A stretch of DNA of 64,000 nt from assembly GCA_040414495.1 (NCBI GenBank), contig JBEDUI010000081.1, positions 528 to 64,527 on the forward strand, read 5' to 3'. The stretch's first letter is position 1, and the number at the start of each line of letters is the position of its first letter. Shown piece after piece: positions 37,668-46,486 of the stretch. The notes under the pieces are model-generated. The model was not told the DNA's origin and searched no databases. It saw only the letters and a program-made list of their open reading frames with translations. Origin of the DNA: Mycobacteriales bacterium (lineage in GTDB: Bacteria; Actinomycetota; Actinomycetes; Mycobacteriales; QHCD01). A program made the position numbers and the translations under genes.

Positions 37668-38078
37668 CTATTCCTGCGCGGCCTTCTTGCGGCGGCGCGG
37701 GCGGGTCTGCTGCTCCGGCTCTTTCCCGAGCACGAACGAGCGAACCAGATGGTTCCAACCGCAGGTCTTGCAGACCTCTACAACGTAGACGTTGAACTCG
37801 TTGTGCGCTGCCGCCATTGCCGGCAACTCGGCCGGCGCCTTGGCCTGGCCGGAGATGTGGCCCAGGTCGTCGCCGTAGACGTAGTAGACGTTGATCAGCC
37901 GTTCCTTGCGGCAGATCGGGCACGTCGTTTCGGTGAGGCTGCCGTGATATTTCGCGGCCCGTTGCAAGTAGGGGTGGGCGTCGCACGCCTCGAAAGTGCC
38001 GATGCGGCCCGCGTAGACATCCGCCAGCAGCGAGCGGCGCTGCAGCGAGTAGTCGACTACGGATCTGCGCAAGGTCAC
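37668..38078 (-). CDS. DUF5318-type conserved actinobacterial protein (Rv0049-like), Cys4 zinc-ribbon-like
   Basis: 136 aa with CPICRKE...CKTCGWNH. Syntenic position between PadR/ino1 and ponA. Confidence 0.75.
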   Translation of the reverse strand: MTLRRSVVDYSLQRRSLLADVYAGRIGTFEACDAHPYLQRAAKYHGSLTETTCPICRKERLINVYYVYGDDLGHISGQAKAPAELPAMAAAHNEFNVYVVEVCKTCGWNHLVRSFVLGKEPEQQTRPRRRKKAAQE

Positions 38079-38391
38079 GTCGGTCAGGGTACGGGCGCAA
38101 ACCGCGCTCTGCCAGCGCCACAGCCGTTCGCCGACCGTAATCGGACGTGAACACTCTCACCTCGATAGCTCTGCCGAACACCTTGCGTTCCAGCGAAGAA
38201 AGGGGTGTGCCGTCTCGTCGGCCGCGGTGGTTGACGCCATGCACACATTGCGTCAACCAGTGCGTCGCCACGTCCCTGGATCCGCGCGGCAGAGTTACGG
38301 TCCGTATCGGCCAGCCGGCAAGAGGTCCGGCGTAGTTTTTGGTGATGGGTGGAGCCATTGGTCAATTCCGAACGGTGTAGCGAGTGGACAC

Positions 38392-38802
38392 TCAGCGCTG
38401 GATTTGGTCGGCCAGGCGCCGGCCGCCGTGGCCTACGTCCTGAATCACAATGCGGTCGGCGCTGAATGTCCCCGACGAATTCCCGGACTCGTTCCATTTC
38501 CCCGGCGTCTTTTTCGGAATGTTCACAGTGGACAGTGGGCTGTTTCCGACCGCGTACGGGATCGGGATGCCGATGCTGGTGTCGCGCGGCGCCCATATCC
38601 CGGCCGGATCACGGGATATAGAGAAGGGCTTCGATTTCCTCGCACACGTCACCTGGATATAGCCGTGGGCTGAGTTCACGACCATGGCGCTAACGGGCCG
38701 CGTCGCCGCGCCCATCGTGATCGTTGGGGTAGCCGCCTTAGCTGTCCCCGTCCATGCGACTACTCCCACGCCCGTCCCCCGCCGCCGGATCCACTTCGGC
38801 AT
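38392..38802 (-). CDS. hypothetical small protein, possibly exported
   Basis: ORF 38392..38925 trimmed to ATG 38802 (MPKWIRRRGTGVGVVAWTGTAKAATP...). Third-position GC looks coding-like by eye, but I recognise no family. Confidence 0.4.
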   Translation of the reverse strand: MPKWIRRRGTGVGVVAWTGTAKAATPTITMGAATRPVSAMVVNSAHGYIQVTCARKSKPFSISRDPAGIWAPRDTSIGIPIPYAVGNSPLSTVNIPKKTPGKWNESGNSSGTFSADRIVIQDVGHGGRRLADQIQR

Positions 38803-38989
38803 TCCATTCCCCTCGTCGCGCGCTGTCGGTGCCATCCCCCATAGAAGAGACTGACGAGCCGGTTGCGTGGTTCGGCCCGATTCAGTTCTCGCCGCTCCCG
38901 GACTCCGGTTTGCCCCTTCGGGCACTCCCCGGCGATGGACGTGCTGGCACCCGCCCGGCTCCCCGTGTATCGTCGCGCTCTATCGAAAG

Positions 38990-39010
38990 GATGTATCGAA
39001 TCGATACATC
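38990..39010. promoter_or_regulatory. 21-bp perfect palindrome, probable PadR operator
   Basis: GATGTATCGA-A-TCGATACATC has 10-bp perfect arms and contains ATGT...ACAT, as in PadR-family operators. It lies 55 bp upstream of the PadR start, and an extra TATCGA copy sits at 38981-38986. Confidence 0.65.
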
Positions 39011-39064
39011 GGAATGACGGGTAGTGGGGATGGCAGACGTGCTCTTCGGGGTGGGTGACCTGCG

Positions 39065-39670
39065 GTGAGTCGACGCTCAGGCGTACTCGAGCTCGCCGTA
39101 CTCGGGTTGCTGCACGAGCATCCGCTGCACGGCTACGAGCTACGCAAGCGACTCAACGCCGTGCTCGGGCCGTTCCGGGCGATCTCGTACGGGTCGCTCT
39201 ACCCGTGCCTGAAAGAGCTGCTGGCCGGTGGGTTGATCGCCACCGAGGAGCCGGACCAGACGGAGGTGAGCGCAACGCGGCGCTCGCGCATCGTCTACAA
39301 GCTCACCGCCGAGGGCAAGGACCACCTGCAACAGCTGCTGGACGAGGCCGGACCAGCGGCGTGGGAGGACGAGACCTTCGGCGTACACCTTGCCTTCTTC
39401 GCGCAGACCGACGCGGCCGTACGGCTGCGCATTCTCGAGGGTCGACGCAGCCGCCTCGAGGAACGCAAGGAGCACGTCCGGTCCGCCCTGTCGCGGACCC
39501 GGGAACGCCTGGACAACTACACCCTCGCGCTGCAGGAACACGGCCTGGAGTCTGTGGAACGCGAGGTCCGTTGGCTGGACGAACTGATCGAAACCGAGCG
39601 ACGGGGCGCACCCGATCGGCGTCAAGCCGACGAGCGCGACGGCGGGGCGAGTGGAGCCGAGGACCAGTAA
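39065..39670 (+). CDS. PadR family transcriptional regulator (Rv0047c-like)
   Basis: LELAVLGLLHEHPLHGYELRKRL...ISYGSLYPCLKELLAGGLI...RIVYKLTAEGK. Confidence 0.9.
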   Translation: MSRRSGVLELAVLGLLHEHPLHGYELRKRLNAVLGPFRAISYGSLYPCLKELLAGGLIATEEPDQTEVSATRRSRIVYKLTAEGKDHLQQLLDEAGPAAWEDETFGVHLAFFAQTDAAVRLRILEGRRSRLEERKEHVRSALSRTRERLDNYTLALQEHGLESVEREVRWLDELIETERRGAPDRRQADERDGGASGAEDQ

Positions 39671-39729
39671 CCGGCACCGCGCAGCCGACGCGCCAGCACT
39701 GACCAGAGGAAAAATAAAGGAGAAATACA

Positions 39730-40809
39730 ATGAGTCCGATTCGCGTCGCCGTGGTGGGCGTCGGCAACTGTGCCGCCTCGCTCATCCAGGGCGTGCAGTA
39801 TTACCGCCACGCTGATCCCGCCGAACGGGTACCCGGCCTGATGCACGTCAGGTTCGGCGACTACCACGTCCGCGACATCGAATTCGTGGCTGCGTTCGAC
39901 GTTGACGCCAAGAAGGTCGGGCGTGACCTGTCCGAGGCGATCTTCGCCAGCCAGAACAACACGATCAAGTTCGCCGACGTACCGCCGCTGAACGTGACTG
40001 TCGCACGTGGACACACCCACGACGGTCTCGGCAAGTACTACCAGGAAACCATCGAAGAGGCCGACGAGAGCCCGGTCGACGTGGTCGAGGCGCTGAAGGA
40101 AGCCCACGCCGACGTGCTCGTGTCGTATCTTCCGGTGGGTTCGGAAGCGGCGGATCGGTTCTACGCCCAGTGCGCGATCGACGCCAAGGTCGCGTTCGTC
40201 AACGCGCTGCCGGTCTTCATCGCCGGTACGCCGGAATGGGCCGACAAATTTACCGCGGCCGGCGTGCCGATCGTTGGTGACGACATCAAGAGCCAGGTCG
40301 GCGCGACCATCACCCACCGGGTGTTGGCCAAGCTGTTCGAGGACCGCGGCGTGCAGCTCGATCGCACGATGCAGCTGAATGTCGGCGGCAACATGGACTT
40401 CATGAACATGTTGGAGCGCGACCGCCTCGAGTCCAAGAAGATCTCGAAGACCCAGTCGGTCACCTCGCAGCTCTCACACGACATCGGCAAGGACAACGTC
40501 CACATCGGACCGTCGGATTACGTGGCCTGGTTGGATGACCGGAAATGGGCATACGTCCGGCTCGAGGGACGCGCGTTCGGTGACGTTCCGCTGAACCTGG
40601 AGTACAAGCTCGAGGTCTGGGACTCGCCCAACTCGGCCGGCATCATCATCGACGCGATCCGCGCGGCGAAGATCGCCAAGGACCGCGGTATCGGTGGCCC
40701 GATCCTCTCGGCGTCCTCGTACTTCATGAAGTCGCCGCCGGTGCAGTACGACGACAGCGAGGCCCGCGAGCAGGTGGAGAAATTCATTCGCGGTGAGGTC
40801 GAGCGCTAG
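39730..40809 (+). CDS. ino1: inositol-3-phosphate synthase (myo-inositol-1-phosphate synthase)
   Basis: [18 protein letters not shown]-type N-terminus, [20 protein letters not shown] and NVGGNMDF. Strong AAAGGAG RBS. Confidence 0.95.
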   Translation: MSPIRVAVVGVGNCAASLIQGVQYYRHADPAERVPGLMHVRFGDYHVRDIEFVAAFDVDAKKVGRDLSEAIFASQNNTIKFADVPPLNVTVARGHTHDGLGKYYQETIEEADESPVDVVEALKEAHADVLVSYLPVGSEAADRFYAQCAIDAKVAFVNALPVFIAGTPEWADKFTAAGVPIVGDDIKSQVGATITHRVLAKLFEDRGVQLDRTMQLNVGGNMDFMNMLERDRLESKKISKTQSVTSQLSHDIGKDNVHIGPSDYVAWLDDRKWAYVRLEGRAFGDVPLNLEYKLEVWDSPNSAGIIIDAIRAAKIAKDRGIGGPILSASSYFMKSPPVQYDDSEAREQVEKFIRGEVER

Positions 40810-40825
40810 CTCGTTTTCAGCACGG

Positions 40826-40862
40826 ACGTGGCGTTGGTCGGTCAGCCCGGCCAACGCCACGT
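40826..40862. terminator. hairpin between the convergent ino1 and SDR genes
   Basis: ACGTGGCGTTGG (40826-40837) pairs with CCAACGCCACGT (40851-40862), a perfect 12-bp stem, followed by TTTG. Confidence 0.6.
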
Positions 40863-40883
40863 TTGCGTGAATTGCTGTTGCAG

Positions 40884-41657
40884 TCAGCGCTTTCGCAGTC
40901 GCAAAGACTGCCACGAAGAATCCGATGACCAACCGCCGTCGACCGGTAATGCGGCGCCGTTGATGAAACCGCTGCGCTCCGGGTCGGCCAGAAATGCCAC
41001 CGCGGCGGCGATATCGCCGGGCCGGGCGAATCGGCCCATCGGCACCTGATTGATGATGTCCTCATCGACATAGCCGCCGCCGGCCTGATCGGCGGCGTCC
41101 ATTTCGGTCTTCACCCAGCCCGGGCAGACCGCATTCACCCGCACACCGCGTCCGCCCCATTCCCCGGCCAGGGTCCGGGTGAGACCGACCAGCCCGTGCT
41201 TGCTGGCGTTGTACGCCGCCCGGTCGCTCACCCCGCGCAGCCCGGCGATCGAGGCGATATTGACGATCGACCCGGAGCCGGCGGTCAGCATTACCCGGCC
41301 GATTTCCCGGCTAAGCAGAAACGGCCCGGTGAGGTTGACCTCCAATACCCGCCGCCACAACTCGGCCGTGGTTTCCTCGGCCGGCGTGATCGCGCTGATG
41401 CCGGCGTTGTTCACCAATACGTCGATCCGCCCGTACCTGCTGAGCACCTGCTCGGTCAGCGTACGAACCGCCGATTCATCACTGACGTCAATGACGGCCG
41501 GGAGCGTTTCGCCAGAGATCGCCGCGGCGGTCGCCTCGGGCGGGCGAATGTCCACAAGCACCACCCCGTAGCCTTCGCCGGCCAGTGTTTCGCTGACCTG
41601 CCGGCCGATTCCCTGGCCGGCTCCGGTCACCACCGCGATTCGTTGAGTCGTAGGCAT
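40884..41657 (-). CDS. SDR family oxidoreductase (FabG-like)
   Basis: VVTGAGQGIG, NNAG and YNASKHG (YxxxK). Confidence 0.88.
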   Translation of the reverse strand: MPTTQRIAVVTGAGQGIGRQVSETLAGEGYGVVLVDIRPPEATAAAISGETLPAVIDVSDESAVRTLTEQVLSRYGRIDVLVNNAGISAITPAEETTAELWRRVLEVNLTGPFLLSREIGRVMLTAGSGSIVNIASIAGLRGVSDRAAYNASKHGLVGLTRTLAGEWGGRGVRVNAVCPGWVKTEMDAADQAGGGYVDEDIINQVPMGRFARPGDIAAAVAFLADPERSGFINGAALPVDGGWSSDSSWQSLRLRKR

Positions 41658-42083
41658 TTCGGCAGTTTAAGACGCGAAGTCGGGCATGATTCACGTCACC
41701 ACGCCGCGCGTCGCAGCGCGACACCCCGCCACCGGGTAATCCGCGGAAATGCGGCTTGCGATGTCGTGGTTCACTAAATGGGGTCGCGCCGGTCAATGTC
41801 GATCGCGATGACGACCACATCCCGTAAGAGGCCAGCCCTGGATAGGGCGGCTGCGCAGTGCCCGAAATACCGCAGGACCCGAAAGACCCGCAGCACCCCG
41901 AAAGTCCCGACGTACCAACACACCTCATAAGCAAGATCGAGAAACCGCCGTTGCGCCTGAATTAACCCCGGCGCAACAGATTCCAGCAGTACCCCGACAT
42001 GCCGCAATGGTGTGCCGGTCACCCCGCACTGCCCGAAAACAGCCCTCGACTAATTCGTCCAGAACTAATTCAAAGGTTGCACG

Positions 42084-43361
42084 TTGTTCACCCCGTATCG
42101 CTCGCTGTTCGCCCTGCCTGGCACGCGAGCTTTCATCATCGCCGGCGTCATCGGACGTTTTCCCCTTTCCATGCTCGGATTGGGCACCACCCTGCTCATT
42201 ACGATCACGACCGGCTCGTACGGGTTGGCCGGTCTGATCAGTGCCACGCTGGCGTTGTCGAATGCCGCGATGGCGCCGCTCGTCGGGCGGCTTTCGGACC
42301 GGCACGGTCAATCCAAGGTCGTGCTGCCGGTCGTCGGCCTGCACGTGATCGGCGTGATCACCTTGACCAGCGCGGTGTTGTCGCACGCCCCGCGTCCACT
42401 GTGGATTCCGGCCGCGATGCTGGCCGGCGCATCGGTGCCGCCGATCGGGTCGATGGTGCGCACCCGGTGGACGGCTCTGGTCGGCGGGACTGAGGCGCTG
42501 AATACCGCCCTGTCGTTGGAGTCCGCACTGGACGAGACGGTGTTCGTCATCGGCCCGGTCGCCGCGACCGTCCTGGCCACGACGGTATGGCCGGCGGCCG
42601 GCGTGAGCATCGAGGTGCTGCTCGCCATCATCGGCGGGCTGGCGTTCGCGGCCCAGCGTCGCACCGAACCGGCGCCCCGACGGCACGAGGGGGCGGCCCG
42701 CGCCCGGGCGATCTCGGTCCGCGGTCTGCGCGTGCTGGTCGGCACGTTCGTCATCGTCGGCATGATCTTCGGGACGATCGACATTTCGATGGTTGCCTTC
42801 GCTACGCAGCACGGCAGCCGGGGCGCGTCCGGTCCGATCCTGGCCGTGTTCGCGTTCGGCAGCCTGACCGCCGGCGTGCTGTACGGCACGGTGAAATGGC
42901 GGGCGCCACTGCACCGGCGGTTCCAGCGCGGGGTCGCCGGGCTCGCCCTCGGTACGGTCCCGGTGGCCCTGGCCCCGAACATTCCGATCATGGTGGTCGC
43001 CGGGCTGATCATCGGTGTGACGATCTCGCCGACCCTGGTCGCGGGCATGGGTCTGGTCGAGGAGTTGGTGCCGGCGAGTGCGCTGACCGAGGGCTTCGCC
43101 TGGGTCGGTACGGCGCTGGGCGTCGGGGTCGCGGTCGGCTCGTCGGTCTCGGGCCGGATCGTCGACGCGACCAGTGGTCACCAGGCCATGCTCGGGGCGA
43201 CCTGTGCCGCCACGCTCGCGGCGATCGTCGCGTACTTCAGCCGGCGGTTGCTGGTCGCGCAGACACCGGCGGACATGCTCGCCTCGGTGGAGGAGCACCC
43301 ACTGGTCGGACCGGAGCCCGTGGTCAGCGAGCCGGTCCCGGGCGAACTCGAGGCCTGCTAG
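42084..43361 (+). CDS. MFS transporter
   Basis: 12-TMS-like hydrophobic profile with the GRLSDRHGQ motif between TM2 and TM3. TTG start. Confidence 0.85.
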   Translation: MFTPYRSLFALPGTRAFIIAGVIGRFPLSMLGLGTTLLITITTGSYGLAGLISATLALSNAAMAPLVGRLSDRHGQSKVVLPVVGLHVIGVITLTSAVLSHAPRPLWIPAAMLAGASVPPIGSMVRTRWTALVGGTEALNTALSLESALDETVFVIGPVAATVLATTVWPAAGVSIEVLLAIIGGLAFAAQRRTEPAPRRHEGAARARAISVRGLRVLVGTFVIVGMIFGTIDISMVAFATQHGSRGASGPILAVFAFGSLTAGVLYGTVKWRAPLHRRFQRGVAGLALGTVPVALAPNIPIMVVAGLIIGVTISPTLVAGMGLVEELVPASALTEGFAWVGTALGVGVAVGSSVSGRIVDATSGHQAMLGATCAATLAAIVAYFSRRLLVAQTPADMLASVEEHPLVGPEPVVSEPVPGELEAC

Positions 43362-43934
43362 TCAATTCATGCGGGGATCGTCCGGGAACGAGGCGATCAA
43401 CGCCAGCCGGTTGCCCTGCCGGCGCAGCACCTCACTCCACAGATCGACCTCGGGATCGGCGAAAACGTCGGCGGGGCGCCCCGGCACGATCAGCCAGGCG
43501 CCCTCGCTGATCTCGTCGGCCAATTGTTGTGCGCCCCAGCCGGCGTATCCGGCGAACACCCGCAACCCGGACAGCGCCGTCTGCAACCCGTCCGGGTCGC
43601 TGTCCAGATCGGCCAGCCCGACCCGGCCGGTGATCGCGGTCCAGCCGACCGGCGCATGTCCCGGCAACGCCTGAGCCAGGCACAGCGCGGCGTTCCGTTC
43701 AACCGGCCCACCGACAAACAGCTGCCGCGGTCCACTGGCCAGCTCCCACCACTGTGGAAGGACGTCGAGCAGCTGCACGTCGCTGGGGCGGTTCAGGATC
43801 ACCCCGGTCGTGCCGTCTTTTCGGTGATCAATGACGAAGATGACGGCACGGGTGAAATTCGGGTCGCGCAACAACGGGGACGCGACAAGTAACATGCCGG
43901 GTTCGATTCCGGCGTCCGGACGGAGGGCACACAT
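43362..43934 (-). CDS. YqgE/AlgH family protein (UPF0301)
   Basis: LLVASPLLRDPNFTRAVIFVIDHRKDGTTGVILNRPS...FVGGPV...VFAGYAGWGAQQLADEI..GAW. The start may be 43934 or 44021. Its stop abuts the stop of the convergent MFS gene with zero gap. Confidence 0.85.
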   Translation of the reverse strand: MCALRPDAGIEPGMLLVASPLLRDPNFTRAVIFVIDHRKDGTTGVILNRPSDVQLLDVLPQWWELASGPRQLFVGGPVERNAALCLAQALPGHAPVGWTAITGRVGLADLDSDPDGLQTALSGLRVFAGYAGWGAQQLADEISEGAWLIVPGRPADVFADPEVDLWSEVLRRQGNRLALIASFPDDPRMN

Positions 43935-44052
43935 ACTGGCTTCGATCTTGCCGTACCGAAGAGTCCTGGCGCGATAGCCCTGGCCGCTTCGGTAGCCAAA
44001 CAGTGACAACAATGGCGGCACGTACGCTTTCCTTGTAGGAGGAGAGCAGCCA

Positions 44053-45369
44053 GTGACCGATTATCCAGCGACCGCGGGCCAGCTGCCGACCAGCCGGCGT
44101 GGACACGTTCGGGAAATCCTCGCCACCGGCGATTTCGACCGGCTTTTCTGCACCCGGCTGACGAGCCAGTGCGCGGACGGGGTTTTCCAGGCCAGCCTGG
44201 CCGGCGCGGTGCTGTTCAACCCGGAACGGGCGGCCCATCCGACCCAGGTCGCGGCCGGGCTCGCCGTACTGCTGCTGCCGTATTCCTTCGTCGGGCCGTT
44301 CGCCGGCGTGCTGCTGGATCGCTGGAGCCGACAGCGGATCCTGCTGCTGGGCAACCTGATCCGGTGTGTGCTGGTCGTGCTCGTCGCGGTCGAAATCGCC
44401 AGCGGGCTGGGCGGACCACCGCTGTACGCCACCGCGCTGGTGACGATTTCGGTCAACCGGTTCTTCCTGTCCGGTCTGTCGGCGGCACTCCCGCACGTCA
44501 TTGACCCCAGGCACCTGGTCACCGCCAATGCACTCTCCACAACGGCCGGAACCGGGGCTACCGCGCTCGGTGGGGCGGCGGCGCTGTTGGTCCGGCTCGC
44601 GGTCGGTTCCGGGAATCACGGGTACGCCGCAATCGCGATCTCCTCGGCCATCGGGTACGGCGCCTCGGCCATTGCCGTGTCCGGATTCCGCCGGGACCGG
44701 CTCGGTCCGGACGAGACCGAGGTCGCCGGCCGCGAATCCGCCCGCGAGATCGTGGCCGGGCTGACCGCCGGCGCCCGACATGTGTACCGCCGCAAGCCGG
44801 CGTTCTACGCGCTGGCCACGATGACCGTGCACCGGTTCTGCTATGGCATGACGACCATCGCGGGGATCCTGCTGTACCGCAACTACTTCCACGACGACGG
44901 GATCTTCCGGGCCGGCCTGGCCGGATTAAGCCAGATGGTCGCGCTCGGCGCGGCCGGGTCGCTGCTGGCCGCGGTGGTCACGCCAGCGGCGACCCGTCGG
45001 ATCGGCAAACCGGCCTGGATCACCGGACTGCTCATCGGGGCCGGCGTGGTCGAGTTGGCGCTCGGCGCGCCGTACACGATGCCGGCTCTGCTGCTGGCCG
45101 CGTTCCTACTCGGGCTGGCCGCGCAGGGCGTGAAGATCAGCGTGGACACCACGGTCCAGGAGACGATCGACGACGACTTCCGCGGCCGGGTGTTCTCGGT
45201 CTACGACACGTTGTTCAACGTCATGTACGTGCTGGCCGCCGTCGTCGGGGTGTTCACGCTGCCGGACACCGGTAAGTCGTACGCGATGCTGATCGCGGTC
45301 GCCATCGGGTACGTCGCGACCGCCCTGCTCTACCGGACTGCCACCCGCCGGCTAGGGCGTGTCTCTTAG
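44053..45369 (+). CDS. MFS transporter
   Basis: Polytopic profile with [11 protein letters not shown]-type loop motif. Confidence 0.85.
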   Translation: MTDYPATAGQLPTSRRGHVREILATGDFDRLFCTRLTSQCADGVFQASLAGAVLFNPERAAHPTQVAAGLAVLLLPYSFVGPFAGVLLDRWSRQRILLLGNLIRCVLVVLVAVEIASGLGGPPLYATALVTISVNRFFLSGLSAALPHVIDPRHLVTANALSTTAGTGATALGGAAALLVRLAVGSGNHGYAAIAISSAIGYGASAIAVSGFRRDRLGPDETEVAGRESAREIVAGLTAGARHVYRRKPAFYALATMTVHRFCYGMTTIAGILLYRNYFHDDGIFRAGLAGLSQMVALGAAGSLLAAVVTPAATRRIGKPAWITGLLIGAGVVELALGAPYTMPALLLAAFLLGLAAQGVKISVDTTVQETIDDDFRGRVFSVYDTLFNVMYVLAAVVGVFTLPDTGKSYAMLIAVAIGYVATALLYRTATRRLGRVS

Positions 45370-45515
45370 ATCCTGGCCGTCGCGAGCGGTGATCCAGGCG
45401 GCGTCCGGCAAGGCAGAGGAGGAGCCGATACCGGTGTTGTATCGGCGACGACGACAACGCAGCCGGTCGTCGTCTGGGCGCCGCGCAGCAGGCCGAGGAT
45501 TTAAGAGGCACGCCC
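45355..45515. repeat. 161-bp palindromic intergenic element (19-bp imperfect terminal inverted repeats)
   Basis: GGGCGTGTCTCTTAGATCC (45355-45373) versus GGATTTAAGAGGCACGCCC (45497-45515) is 17/19 complementary. Inner hairpins are CCGATAC..GTATCGG and GACGACGAC..GTCGTCGTC. The arms resemble those at 23945-24005. Confidence 0.6.
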
Positions 45516-45519
45516 TAAC

Positions 45520-46299
45520 TTACGGCAACTCCAGGTCGGCGTAGGCCGGGACGTGGTCGGAGGGCCATTCGTCGCCGTCGTGGTAATCGCAAATGCCGGC
45601 CGAACTGGCCCCGATCCCGCGGACCAACAGCCAGTCGATCCGCCCGCCCGGCTCCGGCGGCTTCCACCCGGCGTACGTGCTGATATCCGGCCCGTTGCCG
45701 AGGCTCCAGGCGTCGGACAGGCCGGTGTCCTTGGTCAGAATGTCGTACGCGGCGCATCGACCGGCGGAGCAGTTGAAATCGCCGGAAACCACCAATGGCC
45801 GGTCGGCCGGAAATCGCGCCAACCGCGAGGCGATGAGCCGCGCGCCCCGCACGCGAGCTTTTTCGAACGCATTGTCCAGGTGCGTATTGAGCCAGGTGAA
45901 TTCCCCGCCCTCGTAGCCGAAACGCACCCAGGTCGCCATCCGGATCGAGCGATTCCGCCAGGTCAGCGACCGCGATCCCATCTTCGACGGTCGATTGGAC
46001 AACCAGAAATGGTCGTATTCCAGCGGTTCGAGAATTCGCGGGTCGTACAGAATCGCGCTGTACTCGTCATGGCTGCCACCGCGCCGGCCCAATCCGATCC
46101 ATTCGTACGGCACCGGCGCGTCCGCGACGATCTGCCGTAACTGAAAGAAATGGCCCTCCTGCGTACCAATCACATGCGGCTGGGTGCGCCGTAAAACCTC
46201 GGCCATCAAAGGCCGGCGCGCCGACCACGGATGCGGCCCGCGTTCGCTCGGGAATTTCAGGTTGTATGTCATTCCGCGAATCAACACGGGCCTAATCAT
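45520..46299 (-). CDS. endonuclease/exonuclease/phosphatase (EEP) family protein
   Basis: TYNLKF...GTQEG...NTHLD...SGDFN...SDHVP catalytic motif series. Confidence 0.85.
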   Translation of the reverse strand: MIRPVLIRGMTYNLKFPSERGPHPWSARRPLMAEVLRRTQPHVIGTQEGHFFQLRQIVADAPVPYEWIGLGRRGGSHDEYSAILYDPRILEPLEYDHFWLSNRPSKMGSRSLTWRNRSIRMATWVRFGYEGGEFTWLNTHLDNAFEKARVRGARLIASRLARFPADRPLVVSGDFNCSAGRCAAYDILTKDTGLSDAWSLGNGPDISTYAGWKPPEPGGRIDWLLVRGIGASSAGICDYHDGDEWPSDHVPAYADLELP

Positions 46300-46486
46300 G
46301 CCCGAATTACGGCACGACCTGGACTACCTCGCCCGGCGACAGATGCCGGTAGAACGTCTTCGCCGCATTCAACGACAGGTGCACGCACCCGTTGGACTGC
46401 ACGTACAGGCTGGGCGGACAGGTCGACGCAGGCGTGTGCCGCCGGTCTCTTCGGCGAGCGATTCCTCGTTGGGGTGATTCCGTGGT

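Noticed and set aside
41774-42022. 82-aa minus-strand ORF in the SDR/MFS divergent region
   Set aside because: It has a GTG start without an RBS and only moderate third-position GC. Its periodic sequence derives from the DNA tandem repeat, and I recognise no motif.
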